From contig DF237158.1 of the NCBI GenBank assembly GCA_000708835.1, positions 62,001 through 126,000 on the forward strand: a stretch of DNA of 64,000 nucleotides, read 5' to 3'. Positions 1 through 18,039 of this stretch are shown here, piece after piece; within the stretch, counting starts at the first letter, position 1; the number at the start of each line of letters is the position of its first letter. Under the pieces are notes generated by a model. It was not told the DNA's origin. It worked only from the letters and a program-made list of their open reading frames with translations, and did not search any database. A program made the position numbers and the translations under genes. Origin of the DNA: Klebsormidium nitens (lineage: Eukaryota; Plantae; Klebsormidiophyceae).

Positions 1-714
1 ATTTTGGGCGTGGCTGTCTGTCGTTCCTTTTCAAATTGCAGCTTTAACTGGCCGCCTGCTTCTGGTTGATTCTCTTGCGCTGCTTGGGCCACCTCGCCAT
101 CAGATTCTTGCCTGCTGTCATGCTTGTCCATGTGTGCAGGCTCCGACTCAGCGGCCGCCAGCAAGGCTGGCAGATCTTCCACAGCACTGATGGCTTCTTG
201 CCGCTTCATCCCTGGAGATGGACCTGGGACTGTCAGTTACGGACTTGACTGCAAACTTCGAGGTCAAAAAGTTAACATCGAAATATGAAAAGCAGCTCGA
301 AAGCGACAGCATCTGGTATCAACAGTGTTTTTCCTCTGGTCAAAGCGACGCAGCCATGTGACATTGCAGAGTAATTTTGAAGTACTGCCTAAAGACGCCC
401 CACCTTTGCACCAGATGAGCGTCTCCAGCGAGATGTCCCCTTTGGCCCACAACCCACGCAGTACCTCCCACGAGCACGGCCCAACCGGGCGGCCCCCCGT
501 CTCCTCGTTTCCATAGAAGAAGTGCAGCGTCTCAAAGTCCGCAGGGAGCGACACCAGGCTCGCTATGCCGACATCAGGGCCCAGTGGGCCCTCCATCCTT
601 TTCTTTTTCAAAGTGAAGCATAGGAGGTCGGCTTCCTTTTGCAATGGGCGATACTCCTCCTCCACTACACACTCGTTGCGGAAAGCGGCAATGATATGTT
701 GGCAGTAAGCTGAC
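1..714 (-). CDS. GYF_2 (DUF4339)-like domain protein, partial; runs off the left edge, 5' exons unresolved (possibly up to ~2400)
   Basis: Exon 714-404 (cag acceptor, GT donor) encodes ...FFYGNEETGGRPVGPCSWEVLRGLWAKGDISLETLIWCK, matching the GYF_2 pattern (aromatic-x..GP..l..L...G.I...T.iW). It splices in phase to exon 229-1 (VPGPSPGMKRQEAISAVEDLPALL...), which is open to the window edge. A likely upstream mini-exon near 930-952 (GNTYALLR) joins in phase. Confidence 0.6.
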
Positions 715-3158
715 CTGGCATCTTACAGTGGATCAATCAGTGAGTTGTACCTGAGATACCTGCATTCAGGAGCATTTTGCACAAATTTGAAGACGTGAGC
801 TTCCATCACTCGTTGAGTCTTTTTGTGTCAAACTTCAATGGTCCGTTTGATCAGCTGGCATGGTTGCAAGGAAATCATGCATTTCAAAAGTTCAGACTGT
901 GACTCCAATCAGTGTGAGGGCACCTCAGAAGCGCATACGTATTCCCCTGCTGGTCTTAGAATCATGTGATCAAGCTGCCTCGAACGTACAACGTCCCTTC
1001 CGACGGACCTGGACCGCTATATGTAGAACTGAGTAAGTCGCTTGCGCGCCAGGGTGCTGCCACTTATCAATGGCGCATGCATTCTCAAGTCCCACGTGCT
1101 TTGTCCCAGAAAGGTCATCCATGATTCAAACCTTTCAAGTTCTGTGACTTCAGCCAAGTCAAATCCATGGCCATCTACAACTTCCAACCCACATGGACTG
1201 CGCGCGAGCAACCTCGCAGCATCGGAACACCGTCAAGTAAATTCAGAAGTCAAATTTTCCACCGTCGATAAACCTTGACATCAAGCACCGGCGCGGCCGG
1301 GCGCTATCAAGGGCGGCGGCCGCCCGCCGAACCGGTCCGGCGGCGCGGGCCGGACCGCGCTGTGAGCACCCTCAGTCTTTGAGGAAGACAGCTAGGGGCA
1401 CGTATAGTCCGATGATGGTTACTCTCGGTAGTCATGTACATGGCCCAAAGGGCAGAGAAAAAGCGCACATACGGTATCTTAATGATCCAGTTACATGCAA
1501 TTGGATCAGCTAGTATAAGTGTGGCAAAACTTGAAAGCGCGGGAGCTGGAGGATCTAGGCGGCACTTTAAGTGAACGGGCGATAGCAAGTGCGCCCTCGA
1601 CCGAACCCGAGATGCAGTCGCCTGACGTGTGTGATGCAGGAATATATAAGCTTAACAACCTTTGTCGGGGAGGAACTGATCACATCATTGCGCCTACTGC
1701 TATACGCAGTTTGGGTATCACCAGATCTGAAACGTAGGTGCACACTTCAGCTCACTCACTACAGCATATATGCATGTGTCCATGAGAATGTGTCTGACGC
1801 TTCCCAGATTCATGAACTGATCGATGCAGCCATATCTGAAGCATGGATGGCAGCGAGGGGAGAAAGACCTCGTCGCGTTTTATCCTCAACGTAGCCGAAC
1901 TAAACGTACGATATTGACAAAGTTTGCATGCCGTCTCGATGCAGTATTGTGACGCATGAATGGTAAAAGCTAGCTTCTAACCTTTCCGCTCGTAATCTGT
2001 TCTTCCGAGTTATGCTTCTCGAGTACTTTCTGCACACTTGCACGGACTGCACCCAGTTTCCAGAAATGTCGACCTGCAAGGAGAACTGGTAAGAAATCAG
2101 ATAGACGCAACATGGCAAGGCATCCGCTGCGAAGAGTGCTTGCAACCACAAGTTGAGGTGGATGGCCGCCATCTGCTCCGAGCCGGTTGCTTCACAGGTG
2201 TCTGACAGAGGTCGTGACGCGGTCGTTAAGATTACATCCTCGACCAGCGATGACCCACCCACTGGATTGACTTACTTTTGACTTGCCCCGAAAACTTACT
2301 CCAAAGCTCCACCATGGGATCGATTCAAAGGCCCGCTTGATATTCTTTACGAGGATAGAATCAACGCTGTCCCAGTATGGATCGCACACGGCTGTTCAAA
2401 GGTTACAAATTACTCTACAGCAGACCAGTACTTTCGACCCATCTTCTGACTCTCCTGAGCCTACCATTTTCCAAAAAAGGTTCACAAGCGATCCGATCAA
2501 CTACAGTAGGCTAGTGTAGGGGACACGACGAGCCGGGTTGAGCGGCCATCAAAGATAATCTCAACGAATGTACTCCTGGTGTCTGGGCTTAGAGCTTCTA
2601 GCTCCCTAGTCTGACCCATCTGGAAAAGGTCTACCTTTCTCTTCAAATTGAGCGTGTCTTGTTTGAGGAAATTCTCTCAGAACTGCCTTATCTCGGCCGG
2701 CCCTAGAAACATCCTCGTATCAAGGTGCGGACCAAGTATATAAGTAGCAGCCGTCAATTTCGTCAACAAGAAGCGGTGGCTTACCTGAAGTGCGACGAGC
2801 AAAGGGCTGTCATACAGCTCGTGGCAGGCGCACGTCAGCCTTGCTCCCACCTGTAAAGCAGAACGTGGGTTGAAAATGTCACATAGAAGGCCGAGCTCTA
2901 CCGTCACGAAACAGCATGCACCAGACTTGGATCAAAGATGCCAAGAACCAGAAGTGGGTCCTTATGTCCAGCAGACAAACAGCCTGGGTCAAGCTTTGGC
3001 TCCGCATCTCTATTATCCATCCGCTTCTACGTTGTGCGAAATCCACCATAACTTCCGCAACATGTCGTCAGATAGACAGATTAGCCAATGACAGTGCTTA
3101 CATGCCCTCGCCGCTTGTCCCTGCTTGCCCTCCTCCGGATATTGCGGCACGCCCCTGG

Positions 3159-4627
3159 CTAGTTTGCCTTAGGTATCTGGTATGCAGCTTGCCCAATGAG
3201 CCAGCGCTCTGGCACGTGGGACATGGCCAGCACGACCGCCACGAGGGACAGCACAGCCAGGGCCGCCACCCACCAGGAGCGGCGCGGGATGCCGAACTCA
3301 AGCTCCTCCAACTCTGCCGAAGAGACGAAGGGTCAGGGCATAATCGCTTGGGCTAGAGAAGCACCCTCCTTATGTTAAAACCTCGTTCTAACCGCATTCG
3401 ATATAAGCAAGGCGTTCTGCACTGTTTCAACCAGAGCTGCAACTTGTAAATGATGTCCAACGGCAGATCCTCTGGCCGCATAACTGCAACTGAAGCACAC
3501 AAGTCATTTGAAGAAACGTCTGAAGCATGAGAGTGTGAGGCACACGTTAACTCTCAGCAATCGAATTGATGCACAAAAGCAAAGCATGCGGTCCCACCTA
3601 TGTTGAAGATTGCCGTTGTTGGGGGCTTGCGTCCGCCCACCACCAGCCCTAGAGGCTGTACTGTCACTAGGATCGCAGCCTGCACGGGTACGGCCCCGCG
3701 CTGCACCAGACACAGGGATCAAGGGTGATCGCAGCAGCAACCTGTACAGTAGCTTGCCGTTCTTTTTGGCTACCAAACAGACCAACTTACTGGTTCCAAT
3801 TGTTTTCAGCAGGAGAGTCCGCAGCCTTCCTGAGCTGGCAGCCAGTCTTTCTTGGAGCCGTCCGGAGTTCACAGGACACTCACCAGCGGCCTGCCCGAGT
3901 CATCCGTTGTAAATACCAGCTTCTCTGTGTCCAGGAGCCGCCTCCTGCCAGCCCTGGTATCTTCACGCTCCTCACCTACCAGTTCAATGTGATATGTTGC
4001 AGGAACCTGCGCACTTGGCAGAAAAGCATCAGTATAGTCAAGAGCACTTTGCGTTTAATCCTAATCACCGGTTATCGGCGGTGGTGATACTCTGAGCTTC
4101 ACAGCTGTCTGAACAATTCAATACTCAACCTGGCCATAAACATCCTAATGAGGAAAGTGCTTGCTAGTGCCCCCAGAACACCAACAATACCCGAAGATCA
4201 ACAGGGGCATCACAAACCTGGCAATGCGTTGTGAGGGACAAAGATGTGTGCGGCGCCCACCGTGCCTGGGAACGAAATCTTGACTTCGTAGCCCTGTTGC
4301 TTCTTCAAGCCCTTCAGCTCATACAGCGCTTGGCCCCCAGACATTGGCAGCTCCACCTGCTGCAGAGGCACGCCAGCTTCAAGGCTGCTCCTCGTATCAT
4401 ACTGCCTGCACACAGAAGCAGAAACGGCTGACCCCAATGGCGGTACTTATGAAAGACAAGAATTGCATGTTCTCAGAGCTCTGCATTGCGCGCTGCTGAC
4501 GAGTCGATGTCTTGAATCCCTCTCATCATAGAACTTCTTCTCACCTGTCTGGCTCAAGCACCTTTGCTAGAGCAAGGGAATTTGCAAGGAGGAGCAGGAG
4601 CCACGAAACTCTTTCGAGGGCGCCCAT
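3159..4627 (-). CDS. Small secretory-pathway membrane protein (195 aa; signal peptide + C-terminal TM), plant-conserved uncharacterised family resembling fungal Pga1
   Basis: Five GT-AG exons (4627-4545, 4405-4261, 4006-3884, 3679-3598, 3313-3159) sum to 588 nt in frame: MGALERVSWLLLLLANSLALAK...LYELKGLKKQQGYEVKISFPGTVPATYHIEL...RRLLDTEKLVF...AAILVTVQPLG...IFNIELEELEFGIPRRSWWVAALAVLSLVAVVLAM...*. The YEVKISxP and RRLLxTEKLxF motifs are recalled from plant proteins. The Pga1 link is from memory and unverified. Confidence 0.75.
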
Positions 4628-5010
4628 TAAAGCACAAGACTTCCAACTTGCGCAACCACAAGAACTTCCAACTTGGCGGGGAAAGGTCACATGCAGCATG
4701 CCTGCATAGGCCTGAGGTCGAAGAACCAGGAATGTTCAATCTTTCGAAAAATGCTTCAAATTGAAGGCAGGTTCGGCATATCCTGTGAATTAGCAGTGCA
4801 GACAACAACTGCCGTCTCCGGCCGTGGGAATACACGGCACTCTTGCTCCGTTCAAAGCAAGGGCGACGCTTTTATCGCCGTCAATAGTACCGGTTTCTTG
4901 GTGCTTGCAACCTACACAGCGGATATAAGAGACCGCAAATGCCCTCCATTTCCCTTTCTTAGGTTTAACAGCCAGGTGCGCTGCACCAGCAAACATGGCT
5001 GAGCTGGCCC

Positions 5011-5036
5011 CGGCCCTAGGCCTGGGCCTGGGCCCA
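5011..5036. promoter_or_regulatory. Cluster of site II-like motifs (TGGGCC x2, plus GGCCCA) in a divergent promoter
   Basis: cctgggcctgggcccatg at 5021-5038 lies between the head-to-head ATGs at 4627 (-) and 5285 (+). TGGGCY is the plant site II/TCP element. Function is inferred. Confidence 0.3.
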
Positions 5037-5284
5037 TGCATGATCGAGGGCCATGACACAGACAGACAACTTACCCTTGCGCAAAATTAGCAGCTGAAGT
5101 GGGCGTAAGAAAGAGACTTTCTACTCATTCTTGTCAGCTGGCGTCTGGTGCCAGCTCCTTCAATCGCTTAATTACGTGTTGCTCGCTACAAAATTTGCAA
5201 TTGGAGGACTGAGCAGCGAAGGTGGTGCATCACTGAGCTTCCAGACCGTTGCTCACCCTGTGCCGGTATCGCATTGTCACAAAG

Positions 5285-8200
5285 ATGACCTTGTCTCTTC
5301 AATTGCCAGATTGGAGCAGCACCACCTGGCTCACAGCCTTCATTGGTGTCATATCCGCCCTGCGGCTTACGTACTGGCAGTTTTTTGTGAAAGATAATGT
5401 GATAGCTGTGGAGAAGGCAAAGCAGGGCGTTCCCAGTGCGGCAGACAATGGCGGTGTCCCTGCTGGACCAAGGGGGTGGCCCTTGGTTGGGAATCTGCTG
5501 ACTCTGGGCCATGAGCCGCACCGGGCGCTGGCGGACCTTGCGCAAATGTGAGTCTGCGGGCTTCTCCATGTTGCGGAGGGCAGTCTTGCTGCCGACCCAC
5601 AACTGTTTGAGCTGGAGACAAATCATCTTGTCAGGGACATATAATGCTGCCTCGCTTCTAGAGGCAATTAGTTGGCAAGTGGTTAGCTTATCTGATTGCA
5701 ATTCTACTGACATCTGCTGGACTGTCTATCCCTTTGATCCTGTTCCGGTTTCTGCAGCTATGGGGACGTCCTTCAAGTGCAACTGGGGGCCTTTCCAACG
5801 CTGGTGGTGTCAAGCATGAGCCTTGCTAAAGAAGTCCTTGTGAAGCAGGTGAAGAGCAGGCAACATCAGATAGAAGCTTCCAATAAAACCTCATCTATAG
5901 TGCCTTGTTGTGTAGTGTTTGATTACTTGACTGGTGCTTAGTGTAGAGTTTTTGACAAGGAACCTCCATGGTGGCACAACTATTGAAAGGATGTTGCAAA
6001 CTCTGTGCACATGTGCTGATATGTTCCAAGGACAAAGGCAATCCAGCCTGACATTTTAAGAGAGTCTCGTATCTCCTGCCCAGTGTGCTGACACCTGTCA
6101 CTACCACCGCCTGGTCCAGGCTGCTCACTTTGGAGCTGCGGGAGAGCCCATTCGCATCGTGGAGCTTGGCCTTGGTTGGAACAGGCCCCAGCTGGCTGCT
6201 AAGCGCGGGGCAGCCAGAGCTTTAGTGCTCAGCCAGGCTCTCAGCGGGGCTTTCAAGAGCGCACAAACAGCAGGACTTGTCAGTAAAGCAATCCACGAGG
6301 TCTCCGAAGAGCTTGTGACCACAGTCAAGGAAGAGCTGGGGGATGCGGCAACAAACAATAAGTCCGGAAATCCTCAGATTACAGGACTGAGGAGCCTGCT
6401 GAGGCGCGCAGCACTCAATGTTTTGTTGAAAGTGGCATTTGGGGTGCGAATAGCGGGAGACAGCTGGCAGCAGGAGAGCGGCGGCCAGCCTGGGCAGCCG
6501 AGTGGGAGCGTGGCGATGCTGGAGGTGATTCTGAGCGAGATGTGGCAGCTGGTGAACAACCCCGTGCTGGCGGACCATGTGCCCCTCCTGCGGCTGGCGA
6601 CCGGCGCGCTGACCACGCGCTGCAGGTTCCTGGCCAGGCAGCGGGACTGCATACTACGCGACCTGGTGGGGGGGGCCAAGAAAGCACGAGAGCAGGCGAG
6701 TAGCGGGGATGGAAAGTTGGGGAAGAGTTTGAGGAGGGCAGAGTCTTTGCTGGACGCCCTTCTGGCGGGGCAGGAGACGAGCGGGCTGACGGATGGGGAG
6801 GTGGCGGATGTGCTGGCAGACTTCGTGCAAAGGGGCGTCCTGCCTGTGGCAGCGACGGTGGAGTGGGCCTTGGCCGAGCTGACGAGGAATCCGGAGGTGA
6901 GGGCCGCAGCGAGCAACGAACCTGCACTCCTTGACTCGATGCCAGCGCTGGTAGAAAAGCGACGGCGGCACTCTTGCTGTGGCTGCTGTAAGAAACCTGC
7001 TTTCTTGGAACACGTGTGCGTTCTTACTGCCTGGTCGCAGTACGTTCACCTTTCCATACCTTGCGAGGACATGCCATGTTACCCGTTCGAATTTGCGTCT
7101 TTCCCTCTTTTCCGCTAGCCAAGGTAGGTGTTTGATTCCGGACGAGCCTTCTCCTGGACAAGACAAGGGCACGGAGCGACACTCCCTGCATCCGTTGCTT
7201 TTTCGACTTTATTCAATGATGAGACTCGATGTACCTCTACTTATTCCAACATCGTTAAGAAATGTGTCAAAAGCGCTTTCCTTCCCTATACGCAGATACA
7301 GAAGAGGCTGAACCAAGAGCTGGAGGTTGAGGTCTTTGGCAAAGGAGGCGACGTGCCACGGCAAGCCTTGGCGCGAACGCCGCTGCTTAGTGCGATCATC
7401 CTGGTAAGCGTCTAAAGTTGACGCTCGAGGCTGGACCTCATCATTGACGCAGGTATAGACTGATCAAAGCTCGCAGGTTCCGCCTCTTGGAAGGACTGCG
7501 GAAGACAATCTACGTGCACAATTCGTGAGCGGCACGTCCACGACTGTCCACTGGACGTTGAAGCGTTCGTTCGACAGTTTGTAGGACTCCTTTTCTAGTG
7601 AAAGCAGATTATCAATCTTCAGTACCTCAGACTTCGAGGACTTCTGCAGGAGAACTTTCCGAAGCCGCTCAGATACCCCTGGACCCCTTGTTCGCAGGCC
7701 TTCCCCTCGCCAGCGCACATGCGTGATTTTACCCGCTTGTACCTTATGTGACGTCGTGTGGTGTGCTGTGCTGTCCAGGAGACTCTGCGCTTGCACCCCA
7801 CCCAGCCTCTCTCCCGCCCGCGTCGAGCCGCGGAGGATGTGCACATTGACGGCTACCGGGTGACAAAAAGACAGAACGTCGTCATCAACACGTGGGCCCT
7901 CGGCCGAGATGCACGGTATGCTGCAACATCCCCGCAAATCTGCTCTTCTGCCTTGGTTTTGACAATGAAGTTGACAATAGCTGGGGGCGCCTGACTGCAA
8001 AGAACACGAGCGTTCTCAGATCCACGAAAGCAGGGGTTCACCTTGGACCTGGTGCACGTCATTTGATGTGTCCCGTCAGGTGCTTATAATCTGACAGAGC
8101 CGCGATGTCCATCAGAGTGCGCCAACAGCCCCTGGTGCACACTGGGAAGCCCTGGCTTGCCAAATTGAGAGTAGTCGCTGCCGGCGTTTTCTGCTGACAT

Positions 8201-8501
8201 CACCAGCCATGTTGCTCTTGTTAGGTTGTTCCGGTCTGCCTCCGACTTCGTCCCGGAACGCTTTTCCCAAGGCGCCTTGTCGACTCTTTTAGACGCGAAA
8301 GACTTGTACTGGAGCTCCTTGCGGGTCGACGAAACGGACGTGTTGATAGACATAGCAGCCTACTTTCTTGGGGTCCTTGTCCGAGGTTTCGAATGGCTGC
8401 CTGGATTGATGCACGAATCGCGGCTGTCATTGCAAGAAAGTTCAGGGGTCGAGGTCTCCGAGTTGGTGTCAGCCGTTGCTCCCTGCGCAAAAATTCGGTA
8501 G
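5285..8501 (+). CDS. Cytochrome P450-fold protein (A-type/CYP71-clan-like, 550 aa) lacking the heme-thiolate Cys motif
   Basis: Six GT-AG exons (5285-5547, 5758-5848, 6120-6896, 7296-7403, 7779-7915, 8225-8501) total 1653 nt in frame. Present: N-terminal anchor, hinge PAGPRGWPLVGNL, YGDVLQVQLG, TVEWALAEL, ETLR, NTWALGRD, PERF, FEW. The I-helix reads RGVLP instead of AGxDT, and there is no FxxGxRxCxG. Confidence 0.9.
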
Positions 8502-9585
8502 CACTCATTATGCTTCCTACAGAAACTTGTACTACGGGTTGGGTTGCCTGTACAAGCGCAAAGGTCACATTCCTATTTGCGAATTGATTTACGCATTATG
8601 CTAAAATACATATGGTGCAACTAGTTGCCCCTGCCAACAACTGTCGAGTGATTCACTGTTCGAAAGAACTGTCACCTTCCCGTTCATTGATCAACGACTG
8701 TGCAGCAGCTGATCCGGTTCGGTTCGCATCACGATCGAGTCTGCATGCATCAAGGCTAGGCCGGTCAACAATCAATGGCGACAACCTTGGAAGTTTTTCT
8801 CAAAGCTTGCGCGCCATCATCGAAAACCAATCCAACGATCTATGAGCATTTAATCAATAAGCACGGACCCGGCAATTATACTTTTATAGCGTGCCATGCT
8901 GTTCATGAACAGATGATGCAGATGATATCCACATTGCCCCACCCGGGTATCTTTGCATGAACAATCCGCGAAATGAATGCCAGACGTGCATGCAGCCCGG
9001 TGACGATCTCGATCGAGCTACATGCAGCCTAGATCAAGGATCAGTAATGATTGAAATTAAGTGTCGAATCATCGAACAAGTTTCTACAGTGGAATTGGGA
9101 TACTGTTAATTCGGCTTACTTAATCATGGCACGTGAATTTATGACAAAACCACGATTTGATCAAAGAGAACATCAAAACATGTCAACACGTGGTGCTTCA
9201 AATCATTTAACGCTGATCGTGTCAGTGTCTTCTTCAAGCTTTGAACCTGCTCATGCACCGGGCATGCACAAGTCATTCAAATTTTGATATGGACTAAACA
9301 CTCCAGCATGCACTGATTTCCGGACCACCTGCTACAATAAAGTAAGAGTATAAACGCACTCCACTGCTATACATGCGCGGGCTTGACTCGAACCATTTTG
9401 CGTGCACGTTCGGAGTCTAACTATCGTACGCGGTACATCGATGTGAACGGGCTGAACATGTCGCTGGTGCAACGTTGCGCTTGATCTACCAACGTCAAAG
9501 ACCTTGCACTTTGAATCACGCGGCGTAGGGACGCGTTGGTTCACCGTTTCTCGTTTGTGCAGCCAATTCTTGTGTTCGCATGACT

Positions 9586-15715
<6,130 letters not shown>

Positions 15716-16447
15716 TGCTCTTCAAAGTCGCAATCAATGTTGCTCATCAACATAAAGCACAACAAATCCCCTGCTAGCATTGGAACGTTCAATTGAGGGG
15801 ATCCTCCACAAGGGCAGACGCAGCAGCACGAACATGGAGGGATTGGTAGCTTTGCCGAACAGCTTCCCTCCTCACTAGCTCATGTATATGCTCTAGATAG
15901 TCTGTCGAACGCCCATCACAAGCATCGGGGAGTCCTGTCCTCCAGAGCTTCCAAAATCCTGTGGCTGCGTCTAGTGCAAAACTCGTATAGAGCCTGTGCC
16001 AGCATGGCGTCCAGGGGCTTGTATACAGAGGCTATCCAGGCTGGTCTGCCGGTAACGTTGGGCCTTGTCTACCGTTACCGGCGTGCAGTCTCACACTCGG
16101 AGTCCTGGAAACCGTCCGATGGCCGGCAGAATCTAAACGGCCGCGTCAGCACGCACGGCCGGGCATCCTTCGGACGGCAAAGGACAACTCTCGAGAGATT
16201 CACGGCTTGCAACATAATGGCGACCCGCAAGTCTGCAGATGGTCTGGCAGAACGCTGCGAATGCTGCACTTTGAGAAGAAGTTGACGAAAGAGGAGCCTG
16301 GGCGGCAGGTTTTCCGAGTCCAGCACGAGGTAGAGAGACGTTCTTCAAAGCACGGCAAGAAAAGCGCCCAAGCCTGTGGAGGCTGCACCGGTTCTTCTCG
16401 CGAAAGGGGAGCTGTTACCTGGCCGTCACGAGCCTCTAGCTGGCACC

Positions 16448-18039
16448 ATGAGCTTGACCGCCCAGCTTGCCAACATAGGGGTCGTGGCTGCTGGCAGTGA
16501 GGATGACAAGCCTGTGAGGGGAGAATGGAGCAAGCGAGCCACGGACGCTCTTGTAGAGAGCTGGGGCAACAAGTTCCTGCAGCAAAACAGGGGCAACCTC
16601 ACAGATTTGCACTGGAAAGGTGAGTCCAAGTTCTGGGCAAGCATTCTTTCAAGCAGATCAGGTCTTTAAAGACGACATTGCCTTAGCTGAAAATAGTTGT
16701 CGGCTGTCCTTCCTGCAACTGCTGCAGGTCATCAGGGATTGTTCTTGGAAAGCTGCCGATGTGTCCTTGGGATTTGGCATGGGCACTTCTCATGCAGGCT
16801 TGCCATGTTGTCTTTCCTTTGCCTGGGGGTCTGTGACGGACTTAGTTGCATCATTCAGCTGCTATTGTGAGATGCTTCACCTACCCCTTTTGTATGCTTT
16901 GATTTTTTCTAAAAGGTTTACCCTTCTTGTTTGTTCAGAGATTGAAGAGGAGGTCAATGCTCAGTTAAACGAGGCGGAAAAGAAAACCGTCATCCAGTGT
17001 CAGAACAAGGTCGATGGGCTGAAGAAGAGGTGAGCAGATGCAGTGGGGGACAGCTCTCAGGTCTCTTTACGTGAGGGGTGTAAGGCCAGCCCTTAAGTTC
17101 ACTGGAGCAGCCTGAGTGGCATGGGCAAACAGCGGCATCACAGGTTGTATGGCTGCCCAGAGCCTGTTAAGCTTCTGTTTTGAAGAACTTACCTCATTGA
17201 ATGCTTGCTGTCAAATGTGGCTGTGCCTGAATTCGCTGCTCCTTGATAGATGTGACAGGGCTCTCAGTCCTCAAATGAATGCAGCCTAAAACATGGCTGC
17301 TCAAGGCACAAATATGGGGCAAGCTGCACTTAATATATTTTGTCATTCATTCAAGTCTTTGAATGCCACCATGCGCAGGTACAAGAAGGAGAAGGTCAAG
17401 CCGGGGGGCACGTACTGGAGCTACTATGACCGGCTGGGGGAGCTGATTGGGTCACAGCCGAAGCAGAGAGCCCCGGCGCCTCAGCATCCCCAGGGAGGGG
17501 CGGGGGGCAAGGTGGTAAACATGCACCACGCCCCCCACCAAAGGTCGTTCAGGGAGGAAACCGCAGCGCGTAAGTGCCATAGTAAATGGGACGTCATCTT
17601 CAAAGACGGGGGAGACTTCTTTCCATACAGCTCTCCAGGGCCGCAGCAAAGTTTGAAATGTTGAGTTTCACTTTGCCAGATTTGGACCGAGAGGGTCGGG
17701 GCACTCATGATTTGAGGGTCTAACAGTGTCATCTGTGTAGTGACGCATGCTAGCTAGCTTGATTGATTCTATTTGGTTTGACCATGACAGTACAGGAACT
17801 CAAGTGGTGGTTTCAGTCTATGATCCAAACTAACGCTTTCTCTCCATACAGTGCGGCATGGCCTGGACAACGTGGCGCAGGCTGTCAGGGAGTTTGCTGT
17901 TCTGTATGAGAGAGTAGAAGCTCAGAAAGCACAGGCCTTGGTCGAGCATGAAGAGAAGAGGCAGAACTTTGAGAGGGAGCTGGAGGCAATGAGGATGCAG
18001 GTGCGGCTGCACGCGCAGGCGCAGGGCTACCAGGACTGA
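16448..18039 (+). CDS. Trihelix (Myb/SANT-like) transcription factor, SIP1/ASIL clade
   Basis: Exons ~16448-16620, 16940-17030, 17379-17568, 17850-18039 join in phase: EWSKRATDALVESWGNKFLQQNRGNLTDLHWKEIEEEVN...KTVIQCQNKVDGLKKRYKKEK...WSYYDRLGELIG. The C-terminal coiled coil VAQAVREFAVLYERVEAQKAQALVEHEEKRQNFERELE is typical of the SIP1 clade. Confidence 0.88.

Noticed and set aside
1331-1356. GC-rich 9-bp stem-loop cggtccggc/gccggaccg
   Set aside because: It is short and expected by chance in very GC-rich sequence, with no other supporting structure.
8030-8089. GVHLGPGARHLMCPV, superficially like the P450 heme motif, in ORF 7892-8089
   Set aside because: It lies in intron 5, upstream of PERF, whereas the heme motif must follow PERF. 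Spacing is wrong, and the flanking exons already join in frame without it.
8270-8390. Frameshift hiding the heme Cys motif in another frame
   Set aside because: The alternative frames give an early stop or LLAGRRNGRV (no Cys at the right place). PERF and the downstream FEW/C-terminal motifs are in the same uninterrupted frame.
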